NCBI GenBank assembly: GCA_963675755.2
Contig: CAXXMD010000003.1
Span: 960,001-1,024,000 of the forward strand
Length of the DNA: 64,000 bases
Direction: 5' to 3'
DNA from: a bacterium
GTDB taxonomy: Bacteria > Zhuqueibacterota > Zhuqueibacteria > Residuimicrobiales > Krinioviventaceae
Part shown: positions 1 to 9,071 of the stretch, one piece after another
Layout of the letters: every line of letters starts with the position of its first letter
Numbering within the stretch: the stretch's first letter is position 1
Made by a program: the position numbers and the translations under genes
Notes under the pieces: generated by a model
The model's database searches: none
Told to the model about the DNA's origin: nothing
Seen by the model: the letters and a program-made list of their open reading frames with translations, nothing else

Positions 1-1
1 A

Positions 2-1342
2 GCCGACATCAAACAACTGGATATAAACCGACAATTTGCCATATACTATAATGAAAAACGCCCCTTTTTTCTGGAAGGCAATGACTTTTTCAGCACCCTG
101 TCCAACGGGGTTTACACCCGCTCCCTTGCCGATCCTGTTGGGGGAATTAAACTCACCGGCAAAGAAGGCAACCACACCATTGGCTTTTTCAGCGTTCAGG
201 ATAAAATCACAAACTTTATTTTCCCGGGACCGGAAGGCTCAGACAGCGGCTCCCTTGAACAGCAAAACACCAGCAGCGTAATGCGCTATAAATATGATGT
301 TGGTGAATCTTCCAACATTGGTATGCTGGTCACAGACCGGGAAGGCAAAGACTATTACAGCCGTCTGGGTTCCATTGATGCCACATTAAAATTGACCCAA
401 AAAGATGAACTGGTGTTTCAGGTCTTGAATTCAAGTACACAATATCCGGATTCTATAATCAACGAATATGACCAGAAGCAAGGCACCATAAGTGGTACTT
501 CTATAACATCTTATTATGAGCACGATACACGAAAATACAATGTATATGGATATTACTCACAGGTTTCTCCTGATTATCGTGCCGACCTGGGGTTTACCAC
601 CCGCTCGGGTTACCATTACACCGAAGCAGGCGGTACCTGGAAATGGCGGCGCGATCCGGGAAGCTGGTTCACCCAAATTACCTGGTATGGCAGTTATGAT
701 CTGAGACGCGACTGGCAGTATAGACCCATGCATAAAGCATTTACCTCGCGGATTTACTATGAAGGCCCCTGGCAGATCTATGCCGGTGCCTACTTTGAGC
801 ATGGTCGGGATATTTTTGAAGGTGACAGTTATCGGATGAACAATGTACAATTCTGGACCGGCTCCAGACCCTCGGGATTTATCCGTCTAAGTTTATGGGG
901 TGAATACGGTGACGATATTGACTATTGCAATAACCGTCCGGGTACCAGCTTGAATCTATCCCCCACCATTGAACTTCGTCCCGGTAAACATTTAAACCTG
1001 GAAATGGGGCACACCTGGGAAAAACTGGATGTAGCTCCGGGAAGATTGTACACCGCCAATTCCAGCAAATTTAAAGTCATATACCAATTTTCAAAACGCA
1101 TCTTTGTGCGGGCAATACTACAAAAAATGGTATACGACTGCAATGTCTCGCTTTACAAAGACGATGATGTAGATCCAAAAGAAAAAACTTTTTTCAGCCA
1201 GCTCCTGTTTTCTTACAAAATCAATCCCCAAACGGTACTGTTTCTGGGCTATTCAGACAATTATTGGGGTGATCATGTGGATCCATTAACCCGTACAGAC
1301 CGTGTATTCTTTGCCAAAATGGGTTATGCCTGGAGAATATAA
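2..1342 (+). CDS. DUF5916-domain / CBM9-like outer-membrane protein, 5' truncated by the window edge
   Basis: The frame is open from base 2 (ADIKQLDINRQFAIYYNEKRPFFLEG...) and in frame with ORF 281..1342. The EKRPFFLEG motif and C-terminal 'LFSYKINPQTVLFLGY...FFAKMGYAWRI' beta-strands are typical of this family. Confidence 0.75.
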   Translation, partial: ADIKQLDINRQFAIYYNEKRPFFLEGNDFFSTLSNGVYTRSLADPVGGIKLTGKEGNHTIGFFSVQDKITNFIFPGPEGSDSGSLEQQNTSSVMRYKYDVGESSNIGMLVTDREGKDYYSRLGSIDATLKLTQKDELVFQVLNSSTQYPDSIINEYDQKQGTISGTSITSYYEHDTRKYNVYGYYSQVSPDYRADLGFTTRSGYHYTEAGGTWKWRRDPGSWFTQITWYGSYDLRRDWQYRPMHKAFTSRIYYEGPWQIYAGAYFEHGRDIFEGDSYRMNNVQFWTGSRPSGFIRLSLWGEYGDDIDYCNNRPGTSLNLSPTIELRPGKHLNLEMGHTWEKLDVAPGRLYTANSSKFKVIYQFSKRIFVRAILQKMVYDCNVSLYKDDDVDPKEKTFFSQLLFSYKINPQTVLFLGYSDNYWGDHVDPLTRTDRVFFAKMGYAWRI

Positions 1343-1360
1343 AAAAACCTTACCTTGAAA

Positions 1361-1406
1361 AAATGTGACCCGAATTACATTCATTTACGGAATATAACCG
1401 TATAAT
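1361..1406 (+). promoter_or_regulatory. CRP/FNR-family-like box with TATAAT -10 (class II-type geometry)
   Basis: AAATGTGA-CCCGAA-TTACATT at 1361-1381 (CRP consensus AAATGTGA-N6-TCACATTT). TATAAT at 1401-1406 puts the box centre at about -41.5. Confidence 0.55.
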
Positions 1407-1456
1407 TTACTTGTTATTCAACCTATAAACTATAGTTAAAGGGAAGGATATAAAGT

Positions 1457-1885
1457 ATGAGGGTCACAGTTATTATGTTGTCCGTATTAATGCTGTTCTC
1501 ATGTGCAGGCAGTAAATCCGGTAAATCCGGGCCTTATAAAATCACAATTTCTGAAGGCGGTGGTATTACAGGTCAACGCCTTGGATTTCACATGGATGAT
1601 ACGGGGCTCGTACAAAAATGGACTCAAATGCCGGGACAAGAAGAACAAATAGAGTGGGAAAAATCCGGTAATTCAAAAAAAATCTATAAATTCAAAAAAA
1701 CCATCGAATCATCACTCACCGATATAAATATCGATCAATCTTCCAATATGTCAAGATTGCTGACAATACAACAGCAGGATACAACACGGCAATGGAGATT
1801 TCCGGCTACACTCACCTCACAGGAAATACCACTGGTGTTAACATCGCTGTATCAGGATATTTACGAGTATTGCTCAGGTCTTTAA
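1457..1885 (+). CDS. Lipoprotein, possibly emfourin-like M4 protease inhibitor
   Basis: Lipobox LFSC. 'ITISEGGGITGQR' and C-terminal 'EIPLVLTSLY' recall emfourin-type motifs. Directly upstream of an M4 peptidase. Confidence 0.6.
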   Translation: MRVTVIMLSVLMLFSCAGSKSGKSGPYKITISEGGGITGQRLGFHMDDTGLVQKWTQMPGQEEQIEWEKSGNSKKIYKFKKTIESSLTDINIDQSSNMSRLLTIQQQDTTRQWRFPATLTSQEIPLVLTSLYQDIYEYCSGL

Positions 1886-1927
1886 AAATTTCGCAGTTGG
1901 CAAATTCAATCATCTCAGGAGTTAAAC

Positions 1928-4900
1928 ATGAAACATGTTACGATTATATTACTTTTATGCGCGTTTCTCTCAGGGACGGCATTTTCATCCACAAATGCAT
2001 TAACGGACAAAAAAAACGCCCGTCCGGTTGCTAACGACAAAACAACCGGTATCGAACAGGCAAAATTAAAAACAATCAGCGAAAAAATCAGTCAGTTTAG
2101 AAACGCCCCCAAAGCGGCTAAACGTCAAAAAAATACAATCAATTATCAATTACCTACTGCCCAAAAACAGGCATTGATTGAACTCATAAGAGACCCGAAC
2201 CGTAACATTCAGATTGAATGGTCACAGGACGGCAGCAGTCCCATATTTATCGAGGCAGAAAATCTGTTATCTGATGAAATGTCAGGTAACACCATCAACC
2301 AATCTCTTAACGCTTTTGCTCCCAGGGCAAAACGATTGCTGGGTTTGGAAAACCAGGATGACAAGTTGGTTTTTGTTAAACAACAAACCGACGCGCTGGG
2401 CATGACCCATGTACGTATGCATCAGTCTTTTGCCAATGTTCCGGTATATGGCCGTGACCTTTATTACCATTTTGATAAAGATAACAAACTGGTAGGTATA
2501 AACGGTCGCACAACGCCTTTGCCTAAATCTCTTGATATTCAACCCTCTGTTACTGCCCGTAATGCAGAGATCCAGGCAATTCAATACCTGGGATTAAAAG
2601 ATACTGACTCTGTACCGGTACAAAGCAGGCTGGTTATTTATCCCATGCAGGACGAATTTCCCCTGACCTATATTGTAAATGTAAAACCAACTCTGGCTGA
2701 AAACTGGGATATTGTAATTGATGCCCATTCAGGTAATGTATTAAAGAAAATTAACCGCATCTGTTATGATGGCGCAGTAAACGCAAGTGGTATGGATCTG
2801 CAAGGCAATACCCGTAATTTTAGTTCCTATCAACTCGGCAGCGATCACTATTTAATTGACACCTCTAAACCCATGTTTAATGCCGGTCAATCCCAAATAC
2901 CAGACAATGTGGTAGGCGGAATTGTTGTCCTTGACGCTCAAAATGGCGACGGCAGCCAACTGTATTACAACACATCAACCAATGCAAATTCATGGAGCGT
3001 GCCAAATGCTATCAGTGCAATTGCAAACGGTGGTGTAGTTTATGATTATTATCGCAATATCCACAACCGTAACAGCATTGACGGCAATGGCGGTACCATG
3101 TATATTGTAGTCAATTTTGACAATAATTATAATAATGCTTTCTGGAATGGCCAGTTTATGGTATTTGGCAATGGGGACAACCAGCAATTCAGCGATCTTG
3201 CCGGTGCGTTGGATGTAACCGCTCACGAAATGAGCCACGGTGTTATTGAACATACCGCAAACCTGATCTATGAAGAACAGTCAGGTGCCTTGAACGAATC
3301 TTTTGCCGATGTTTTTGGCGTTGCCGCAGAATTTTATCATGAAGGCGCTAACGGTGACTGGCTGGTAGGCGAGGATGTAACGACTCCCTCTGTTGCCAAT
3401 GACGCACTTCGCGATATGATCCAACCGGATGGTCCCAATGTGGGTGGCGGTCTTCAACCGGGGCACATGAACCAATATCAGACTCTTCCCAACACCGAAG
3501 ATGGCGACAATGGCGGTGTTCATGTGAACAGCGGTATACCCAACAGGGCTTTTTATCTTGTTGCCAACACCGTTGGTGTTGAAAAAGCAGAACAGATCTA
3601 TTATCGTGCTCTTTCAGTGTATTTAACCCGCAGCTCTCAATTTATTGATGCCAGAATAGCAATTCTCAAATCAGCTTCTGATCTCTATGGAGAAAATTCT
3701 ACAGAATATCAGGCGGTTCAAAGTGCATTTAATACAGTAGGAATTTTGGATGGTGAAGGCTCTACATTACCTGATATTGAACCTCAGGTACAAGGTGTTG
3801 ACTGGATCCTGGCTGTAGATTCCGGGACCCGTGCGCTCTATCGCATCAGCCTTGATGCGGAAACCATTGAAATGATTTCTGCTTCTCCCGTGCTGAACAA
3901 GCCTTCAGTAACAGACGATGGTGAATTTGTATTGTTTGTGGATTATGATTACAATCCCAGAATCGTAGCTATTGATGGCAGTGCGGAACAGCAACTGGAC
4001 GATTCAGGTACATTTTGGAACCTGGCATACTCACCCAATGGTAATTATATTGCGGCAACTTCAAACGTTGCGGATGGCCTGATCTATCTTTTTGATATGG
4101 TCAATACAGACAACGTCTACCAGTATCCGCTTTATGCACAGACATATACCGAAGGCGCACAATCCTCTACGGTATTGTATGCCGATGCAATGGACTGGAC
4201 CCTTGACAGTCAGTATCTGGTTTATGATGCTTATAATATTGCGGCTACCGCAACCGGTGATACCCTGGATTATTGGGATATCAACTTTTTGCGTATTGCA
4301 GACGGCACAGTGATCCGTGCTTTTCCTCCACAGGATATTGGTGTGAACCTTGGCAATCCCGTTCTGGCATCCAACAATGATTATATTATGGCATTTGATT
4401 TTGTAGACGCAAACGGAGAGGTTACCGCTTATGGCGCCAACCTGGAGACCGGTGATGTTGGTGTGATCACAAGAAATGGTTACGCCATCTCTAGGCCTGA
4501 TTTTTCTTCAGATGACTCGGCAGTAATTTATGAATATACCGATGGTAATAATTATGGTGTATTTGTAACCAGCTTGCTTGATGATGGTATAACCGGTGCA
4601 GGTGATGATTTTCAATTTTTGTCCGGTGCAATTTATCCATTATGGGTAACAAGAGGCACTCGTCCCGAAACTGCAGTTGAAGAAAATGATATTAAAATAC
4701 CAAGTGCATTAACATTGCATCAGAATTATCCCAATCCCTTTAATCCGGAAACAACCATACGTTTTGATCTGCCTGAGAACATGAATGTACGTTTGGATGT
4801 TTACAATGTTCTGGGTAGAAATGTCATGTCCGTTGCAGATGGATTTTATACCGCTGGATCGCATCAAATCAAATTCAACGGTCAGGATTTACCAAGCGGT

Positions 4901-4966
4901 ATTTATTACTATCGTTTGACAACCCCAATGGGGACTGAAACACAAAAAATGTTATTATTGAAATAA
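1928..4966 (+). CDS. Secreted M4 (thermolysin/bacillolysin) metallopeptidase with FTP/PepSY propeptide, TolB-like beta-propeller and FlgD-Ig/T9SS-like C-terminal domain
   Basis: Signal peptide; NNAFWNG, HEMSH, GALNESFAD and DNGGVHVNSG motifs; C-terminal LHQNYPNPFNPET...KMLLLK. Confidence 0.93.
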   Translation: MKHVTIILLLCAFLSGTAFSSTNALTDKKNARPVANDKTTGIEQAKLKTISEKISQFRNAPKAAKRQKNTINYQLPTAQKQALIELIRDPNRNIQIEWSQDGSSPIFIEAENLLSDEMSGNTINQSLNAFAPRAKRLLGLENQDDKLVFVKQQTDALGMTHVRMHQSFANVPVYGRDLYYHFDKDNKLVGINGRTTPLPKSLDIQPSVTARNAEIQAIQYLGLKDTDSVPVQSRLVIYPMQDEFPLTYIVNVKPTLAENWDIVIDAHSGNVLKKINRICYDGAVNASGMDLQGNTRNFSSYQLGSDHYLIDTSKPMFNAGQSQIPDNVVGGIVVLDAQNGDGSQLYYNTSTNANSWSVPNAISAIANGGVVYDYYRNIHNRNSIDGNGGTMYIVVNFDNNYNNAFWNGQFMVFGNGDNQQFSDLAGALDVTAHEMSHGVIEHTANLIYEEQSGALNESFADVFGVAAEFYHEGANGDWLVGEDVTTPSVANDALRDMIQPDGPNVGGGLQPGHMNQYQTLPNTEDGDNGGVHVNSGIPNRAFYLVANTVGVEKAEQIYYRALSVYLTRSSQFIDARIAILKSASDLYGENSTEYQAVQSAFNTVGILDGEGSTLPDIEPQVQGVDWILAVDSGTRALYRISLDAETIEMISASPVLNKPSVTDDGEFVLFVDYDYNPRIVAIDGSAEQQLDDSGTFWNLAYSPNGNYIAATSNVADGLIYLFDMVNTDNVYQYPLYAQTYTEGAQSSTVLYADAMDWTLDSQYLVYDAYNIAATATGDTLDYWDINFLRIADGTVIRAFPPQDIGVNLGNPVLASNNDYIMAFDFVDANGEVTAYGANLETGDVGVITRNGYAISRPDFSSDDSAVIYEYTDGNNYGVFVTSLLDDGITGAGDDFQFLSGAIYPLWVTRGTRPETAVEENDIKIPSALTLHQNYPNPFNPETTIRFDLPENMNVRLDVYNVLGRNVMSVADGFYTAGSHQIKFNGQDLPSGIYYYRLTTPMGTETQKMLLLK

Positions 4967-4973
4967 TTTACTA

Positions 4974-5001
4974 TTTCCGGGAGGTTCACACCTCCCGGAA
5001 A
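4974..5001 (+). terminator. Stem-loop, probable intrinsic terminator
   Basis: TTTCCGGGAGGT-TCAC-ACCTCCCGGAAA, 8 nt after the peptidase stop. Confidence 0.7.
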
Positions 5002-5056
5002 AGTTGTAGAAATATTTTTCAGATATAAATTGTATAGAATATATTACAGGTGATTT

Positions 5057-6280
5057 ATGAACAGTTCTATTAAACATATATCGCTTATTTTAACAGTCAT
5101 GACAATCAGCATCCTGCTGATCATCAACTGCGGCGGAGATTCCTCAAACAACCCTACATCACCAGCAGCCGAAATAACCGTTACAATAAGCCCAACCACA
5201 GTAACGCTTGAACCGGGTGGAACACAGCAATTTTCAGTCACCATATCCGGGACCGAAGACACTGCCGTTACCTGGATTGTAGAAAATGATATTGGTACCA
5301 TAACCCAAAATGGATTATACACAGCACCGGTAATGATTTCCGGTCAATCTGTAACCGCTACTGTCAAAGTCATTTCAAATGCAGACGCTACCAAGGAAGG
5401 GACGAGTACCGTTACCATCGCAAAACCTCCGGTTGAATTGTCAACAATCGCTCAAGACGGATACAACGCCCCGCAATATATGAAATCAACAGGTGAAGAA
5501 GCTCTTGCTTTGGGAGCCGAGGCGGTTTGGCAGGCCAGTTTGATCAATGGCGGCCAGACCCTGATCACAACAGGCACATTAACGCAAACCGCTGTCAATA
5601 GCGATAATTTCACCTACTCTGCATCACCCAATGACAAACTGGTGGTAAAATTTGCAAACGGCACAACTGTTAGTTTCCTGGTCACTAAAATGGATGGCGA
5701 TTTTAGCAGCAATAGCGAAAACTTTATACAGCAGCCGCACGAATTTCAAATTACCATGCAGATCAGTGATGGAACGGACATTGAGATCTATTCCTATCAG
5801 AACAACGGTCAAAAACTGGGTTCCTTAAAGGGAGCCGTGGTTTATGAAAACAAAACCTGGCAGGTCGACATTGACTTGCAGGGCAGCTACAGCTTTGATG
5901 TAGGCTCTGGCAGTTCTTATGAAAATGAAGAACAGATATCCGGAACTCTCTCCAGTACTGACTTTTCCATGACCATGAATGAATATTATCATTATCAAAG
6001 CATTTATGTAGACAATTTTGTTGAAAATGTAGAGCGTCGTTCCAACAGTACATGGGTACAAAACAATACCACATACGCGCTCAAGGATGTGGTTATCCGC
6101 AAGGCATTTTTCAACTCTAAACCCTCAGAGCTGGACTCTTATTGGATCGTCCAGGGAAGTCTTTTGGAAAACAATGTGCAGATTGGACAAATCATAGCCG
6201 GTACAGAAACCGGATACCTGAAAATCTGGATGCAGCTTGCCGATGAAAATGTATTGCTTGAACAATATTTGTTGAATTAA
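5057..6280 (+). CDS. Lipoprotein with N-terminal Ig-like (Big_2-type) domain
   Basis: Lipobox-like IINC; 'VTISPTTVTLEPGGTQQFS...VTW...GTITQNGLYTAP' Ig-like signature; beta-rich remainder. Confidence 0.75.
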   Translation: MNSSIKHISLILTVMTISILLIINCGGDSSNNPTSPAAEITVTISPTTVTLEPGGTQQFSVTISGTEDTAVTWIVENDIGTITQNGLYTAPVMISGQSVTATVKVISNADATKEGTSTVTIAKPPVELSTIAQDGYNAPQYMKSTGEEALALGAEAVWQASLINGGQTLITTGTLTQTAVNSDNFTYSASPNDKLVVKFANGTTVSFLVTKMDGDFSSNSENFIQQPHEFQITMQISDGTDIEIYSYQNNGQKLGSLKGAVVYENKTWQVDIDLQGSYSFDVGSGSSYENEEQISGTLSSTDFSMTMNEYYHYQSIYVDNFVENVERRSNSTWVQNNTTYALKDVVIRKAFFNSKPSELDSYWIVQGSLLENNVQIGQIIAGTETGYLKIWMQLADENVLLEQYLLN

Positions 6281-6305
6281 ATCCTAAACTCTTACTGTTT
6301 TATTT

Positions 6306-6339
6306 ACCGTAAGCTGTTCAATACAGCTTGCGGTTTTTT
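6306..6339 (+). terminator. Intrinsic terminator
   Basis: ACCGTAAGCTGT-TCAAT-ACAGCTTGCGGT followed by a T-tract. Confidence 0.75.
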
Positions 6340-6340
6340 A

Positions 6341-6369
6341 TTGAATAAAAAGTACGAATCTATTATACT
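6341..6369 (+). promoter_or_regulatory. Sigma-70-type promoter
   Basis: TTGAAT-N17-TATACT upstream of AAGGAGG and ATG at 6391. Confidence 0.6.
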
Positions 6370-6390
6370 ATTGCCAACAAGGAGGATACA

Positions 6391-7116
6391 ATGAAACAAC
6401 TATTTATAATACTTTTGGCGGCCACAACCATGATGTTTGCAGCAAACGATTTTGAATCCGATACCTTTTCCACATCTAAAGGGGACTTGAAAATCACATT
6501 CATCGGTCACGGTACGTTGATGATGGAATTTGACGGCAAGGTTATCCATATCGATCCATGGACCCGTCTGGCAGATTACACTACCCTGCCCAAAGCCGAT
6601 ATAATCCTGATTACCCATGAGCATGGAGACCATCTCGACGCCAATGCCATTGATCAGGCCAGCAAAGAAAGCACAAAAATTCTGCTCACGCAAATTTGTT
6701 ATGACAAACTCGGCAAAGGCACGGTTATAAATAATGGTGATACAAAAGAGTTGTTGGGACTAACTATTAATGCAGTACCGGCTTATAATATTGTCAATAT
6801 GCGCGGAGAAGGCAATCCCTATCACCCCAAAGGCAATGGTAACGGATATGTCATCTCCTTTGGTGACAAACGCGTATATGTCGCAGGAGATACGGAAAAC
6901 ATACCTGAAATGACTAACCTGGGCAAAATCGATATTGCATTTGTTCCCATGAATCTGCCCTACACCATGACTCCGGAAATGGCAGCAGACGCGGCCCGCA
7001 AAATCAAACCGGCGGTACTGTATCCCTATCATTTTGGCGAAACCGATACAAACCAATTGCTGGAATTGTTTAAAGACAACCAGAATATAGACATAAGAAT
7101 CAGGAAATTACAATAA
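6391..7116 (+). CDS. MBL-fold metallo-hydrolase (secreted/periplasmic)
   Basis: THEHGDH, YHPKG..NGY, AGDTE and YPYH motifs; signal peptide. Confidence 0.9.
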   Translation: MKQLFIILLAATTMMFAANDFESDTFSTSKGDLKITFIGHGTLMMEFDGKVIHIDPWTRLADYTTLPKADIILITHEHGDHLDANAIDQASKESTKILLTQICYDKLGKGTVINNGDTKELLGLTINAVPAYNIVNMRGEGNPYHPKGNGNGYVISFGDKRVYVAGDTENIPEMTNLGKIDIAFVPMNLPYTMTPEMAADAARKIKPAVLYPYHFGETDTNQLLELFKDNQNIDIRIRKLQ

Positions 7117-7255
7117 AGGATATTTTATAAAGCGATTACTATTATTCCTGTAGCTGTATACGTCTATATGTTTCGTCATCCAATCTCAGTAAAATGGAAA
7201 GACGGTAACGTACTCGATCTTTTCTCAGAACAAACACCAAAGGCATAAAAATTAT

Positions 7256-7289
7256 AAAGCCCTTGCGAGATCTCGTAAGGGCTTTTTTT
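7256..7289 (+). terminator. Intrinsic terminator
   Basis: AAAGCCCTTGCGAG-AT-CTCGTAAGGGCTTTTTTT. Confidence 0.8.
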
Positions 7290-7290
7290 A

Positions 7291-7306
7291 CGGCACACAT
7301 CTTGCA
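7291..7306 (+). promoter_or_regulatory. Sigma-54 (-24/-12) promoter candidate
   Basis: CGGCACACATCTTGCA has exact GG-N10-GC spacing and lies immediately after a terminator. Confidence 0.55.
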
Positions 7307-7426
7307 TTTAACTGCACACTCCAACATTCCACAATCTGACCGGGATGAAGAGGTGGTGGAAGGGACAACAATCAAAATCAAAGCATAGTGTGTACTGTGT
7401 ATTCATGAATTATGGAGGAATGAACC

Positions 7427-8152
7427 ATGAAAAAAATGAGTACAATCCTAATCATTACCATCCTGGCAGGAATGTGGTTAATGGGTTGTGAAAAATCACC
7501 AATGGGTCCTGATGCATCCAGCCTCTCCCAGAGTGACATTGCAAAAAAACCGGTCAAATTCATCAAAATTAATGATGGTATATTATTATACCCTGCGGGA
7601 CATTCCCTGCAAGATCAACCCTTGAAAACAGGTGTAGATATTTTTGGGTACAACTTTCAGGGCAAAAATTTCAATGGGTTTTTTATTAATGCCTATCTGG
7701 GCGCGGAAGGTTACCCTCCTTACGACGGAAATGACCAGGCCTATCTTGAACAAAATCCAGAGGTTGCGTTGCATTGGGCATGGCCATTCAAAGATGCAAT
7801 CTTGGAAATGCACTGGAACGATAGCTGGTTGTCCAACAAGGATAAAAATCTTGACGGATTTCTTGACAGACATTATAATTACTTTTCTTACCTGGGCTCA
7901 GGAGCACAATTGACCAATCTGATTACCTGGAGTGATGATTGGGGTGACCATTCTTATTATGCTGTAATTCAGGCTGCACCATTAACTGCGGTCAGCAATG
8001 GATTTGAATGGTTCAATGAAGATGGTACTAATTTAGGCAGAGCAATATGGGAATCCTTTATCATTGTTGAAGAAGCGGGTGACCCCTTTATCAGTCCCGC
8101 AGCACCAGGTGTAGGTGTATGGATTGGTTCGCCAGTTAGTATCATTATGTAA
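7427..8152 (+). CDS. Hypothetical lipoprotein
   Basis: GGAGG RBS; lipobox LMGC; aromatic-rich domain (WNDSWLSNKD, LDRH) of unknown function. Confidence 0.75.
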   Translation: MKKMSTILIITILAGMWLMGCEKSPMGPDASSLSQSDIAKKPVKFIKINDGILLYPAGHSLQDQPLKTGVDIFGYNFQGKNFNGFFINAYLGAEGYPPYDGNDQAYLEQNPEVALHWAWPFKDAILEMHWNDSWLSNKDKNLDGFLDRHYNYFSYLGSGAQLTNLITWSDDWGDHSYYAVIQAAPLTAVSNGFEWFNEDGTNLGRAIWESFIIVEEAGDPFISPAAPGVGVWIGSPVSIIM

Positions 8153-8189
8153 GACTGTAGCAGAAATATTTTTACTATATACTTTTCAC

Positions 8190-8219
8190 AACTGGTGGGA
8201 CAATCTTGTCTCATCAGTT
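8190..8219 (+). terminator. Stem-loop after lipoprotein gene
   Basis: AACTGGTGGGACAA-TC-TTGTCTCATCAGTT (pairs with G-U wobble). Confidence 0.5.
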
Positions 8220-8406
8220 TAGTGAATTGGCACATGTCTGCCACATTTCTTCAATCCAATTCTATCTCTTGAAAATCATTATTTAAACCTATGATTCAGT
8301 TTTCACTTTTTGTGACACTATTGCTACACACCCAATTCTCCTTGGATATATCCGTTCAATAGATTATATTGTTACGCTTTTCCGAACAAACAATCAAAGA
8401 GAGAAT

Positions 8407-8958
8407 ATGAACCGAACATTTTTTAGCGTATTGCCCGTATTTATAATCATGTCAATTCCTGCATTTTTAACAGCACAGGTTAACAGCTCAGTTTTAAACC
8501 GATCAAACAATCTTGTTTTTGTGAATCCGGATAACAATCTTTCCTATCTACAATCCGTATCTATTGAAAACACAACGTCCGGTAGCACCGCTCCAACAAA
8601 ACCAGTCAATTCAATTGTAGCAAAACAACTCGTATACAGCCCTCTGGTTGGATTATTATTTGGATTTGCGGGGGCTGCTGCTGGTTACGCAATTGACATG
8701 TCTGGTTCACACGATGACTTTGATGGATTGGTTGGTATCGTCTTTGGCGGAAGTTTGGGATTAATAACCGGAACAAGCTTGGGGGTTTATAAAATCGGTC
8801 AACGTAATGGTCTGGATGGTTCGCTCACTGTGACCTTTTTATCCTCTTTCGTAGGGACTGTCGCTGGTTTAGCCGCAAGTGTTGCTGGTGAGAATGTTAT
8901 TCCACTTTTATTTATTCCACAAGCCTGTGCAACCATAGGTTATCATATTTCTCTCTAA
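8407..8958 (+). CDS. Hypothetical membrane protein (Gly-rich hydrophobic C-terminal half)
   Basis: Signal peptide followed by glycine-zipper-like hydrophobic segments. Confidence 0.7.
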   Translation: MNRTFFSVLPVFIIMSIPAFLTAQVNSSVLNRSNNLVFVNPDNNLSYLQSVSIENTTSGSTAPTKPVNSIVAKQLVYSPLVGLLFGFAGAAAGYAIDMSGSHDDFDGLVGIVFGGSLGLITGTSLGVYKIGQRNGLDGSLTVTFLSSFVGTVAGLAASVAGENVIPLLFIPQACATIGYHISL

Positions 8959-9071
8959 CCTGATAACACTAAAAAACAGCTCCATTTAACAATGAGTATA
9001 AACAGAATAACTATTTTTCTGTTTCATCCAATGGATTTAATTACTATCTTTTTTTATAAAATTGAATCAAA

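Noticed and set aside
36-281. 81-aa ORF at the window start
   Set aside because: Alternative frame; the real gene is the frame open from base 2, which contains EKRPFFLEG and continues into 281..1342.
8229-8243. TGGCACATGTCTGCC as a sigma-54 promoter
   Set aside because: GG-to-GC spacing is one base short of the strict -24/-12 requirement.
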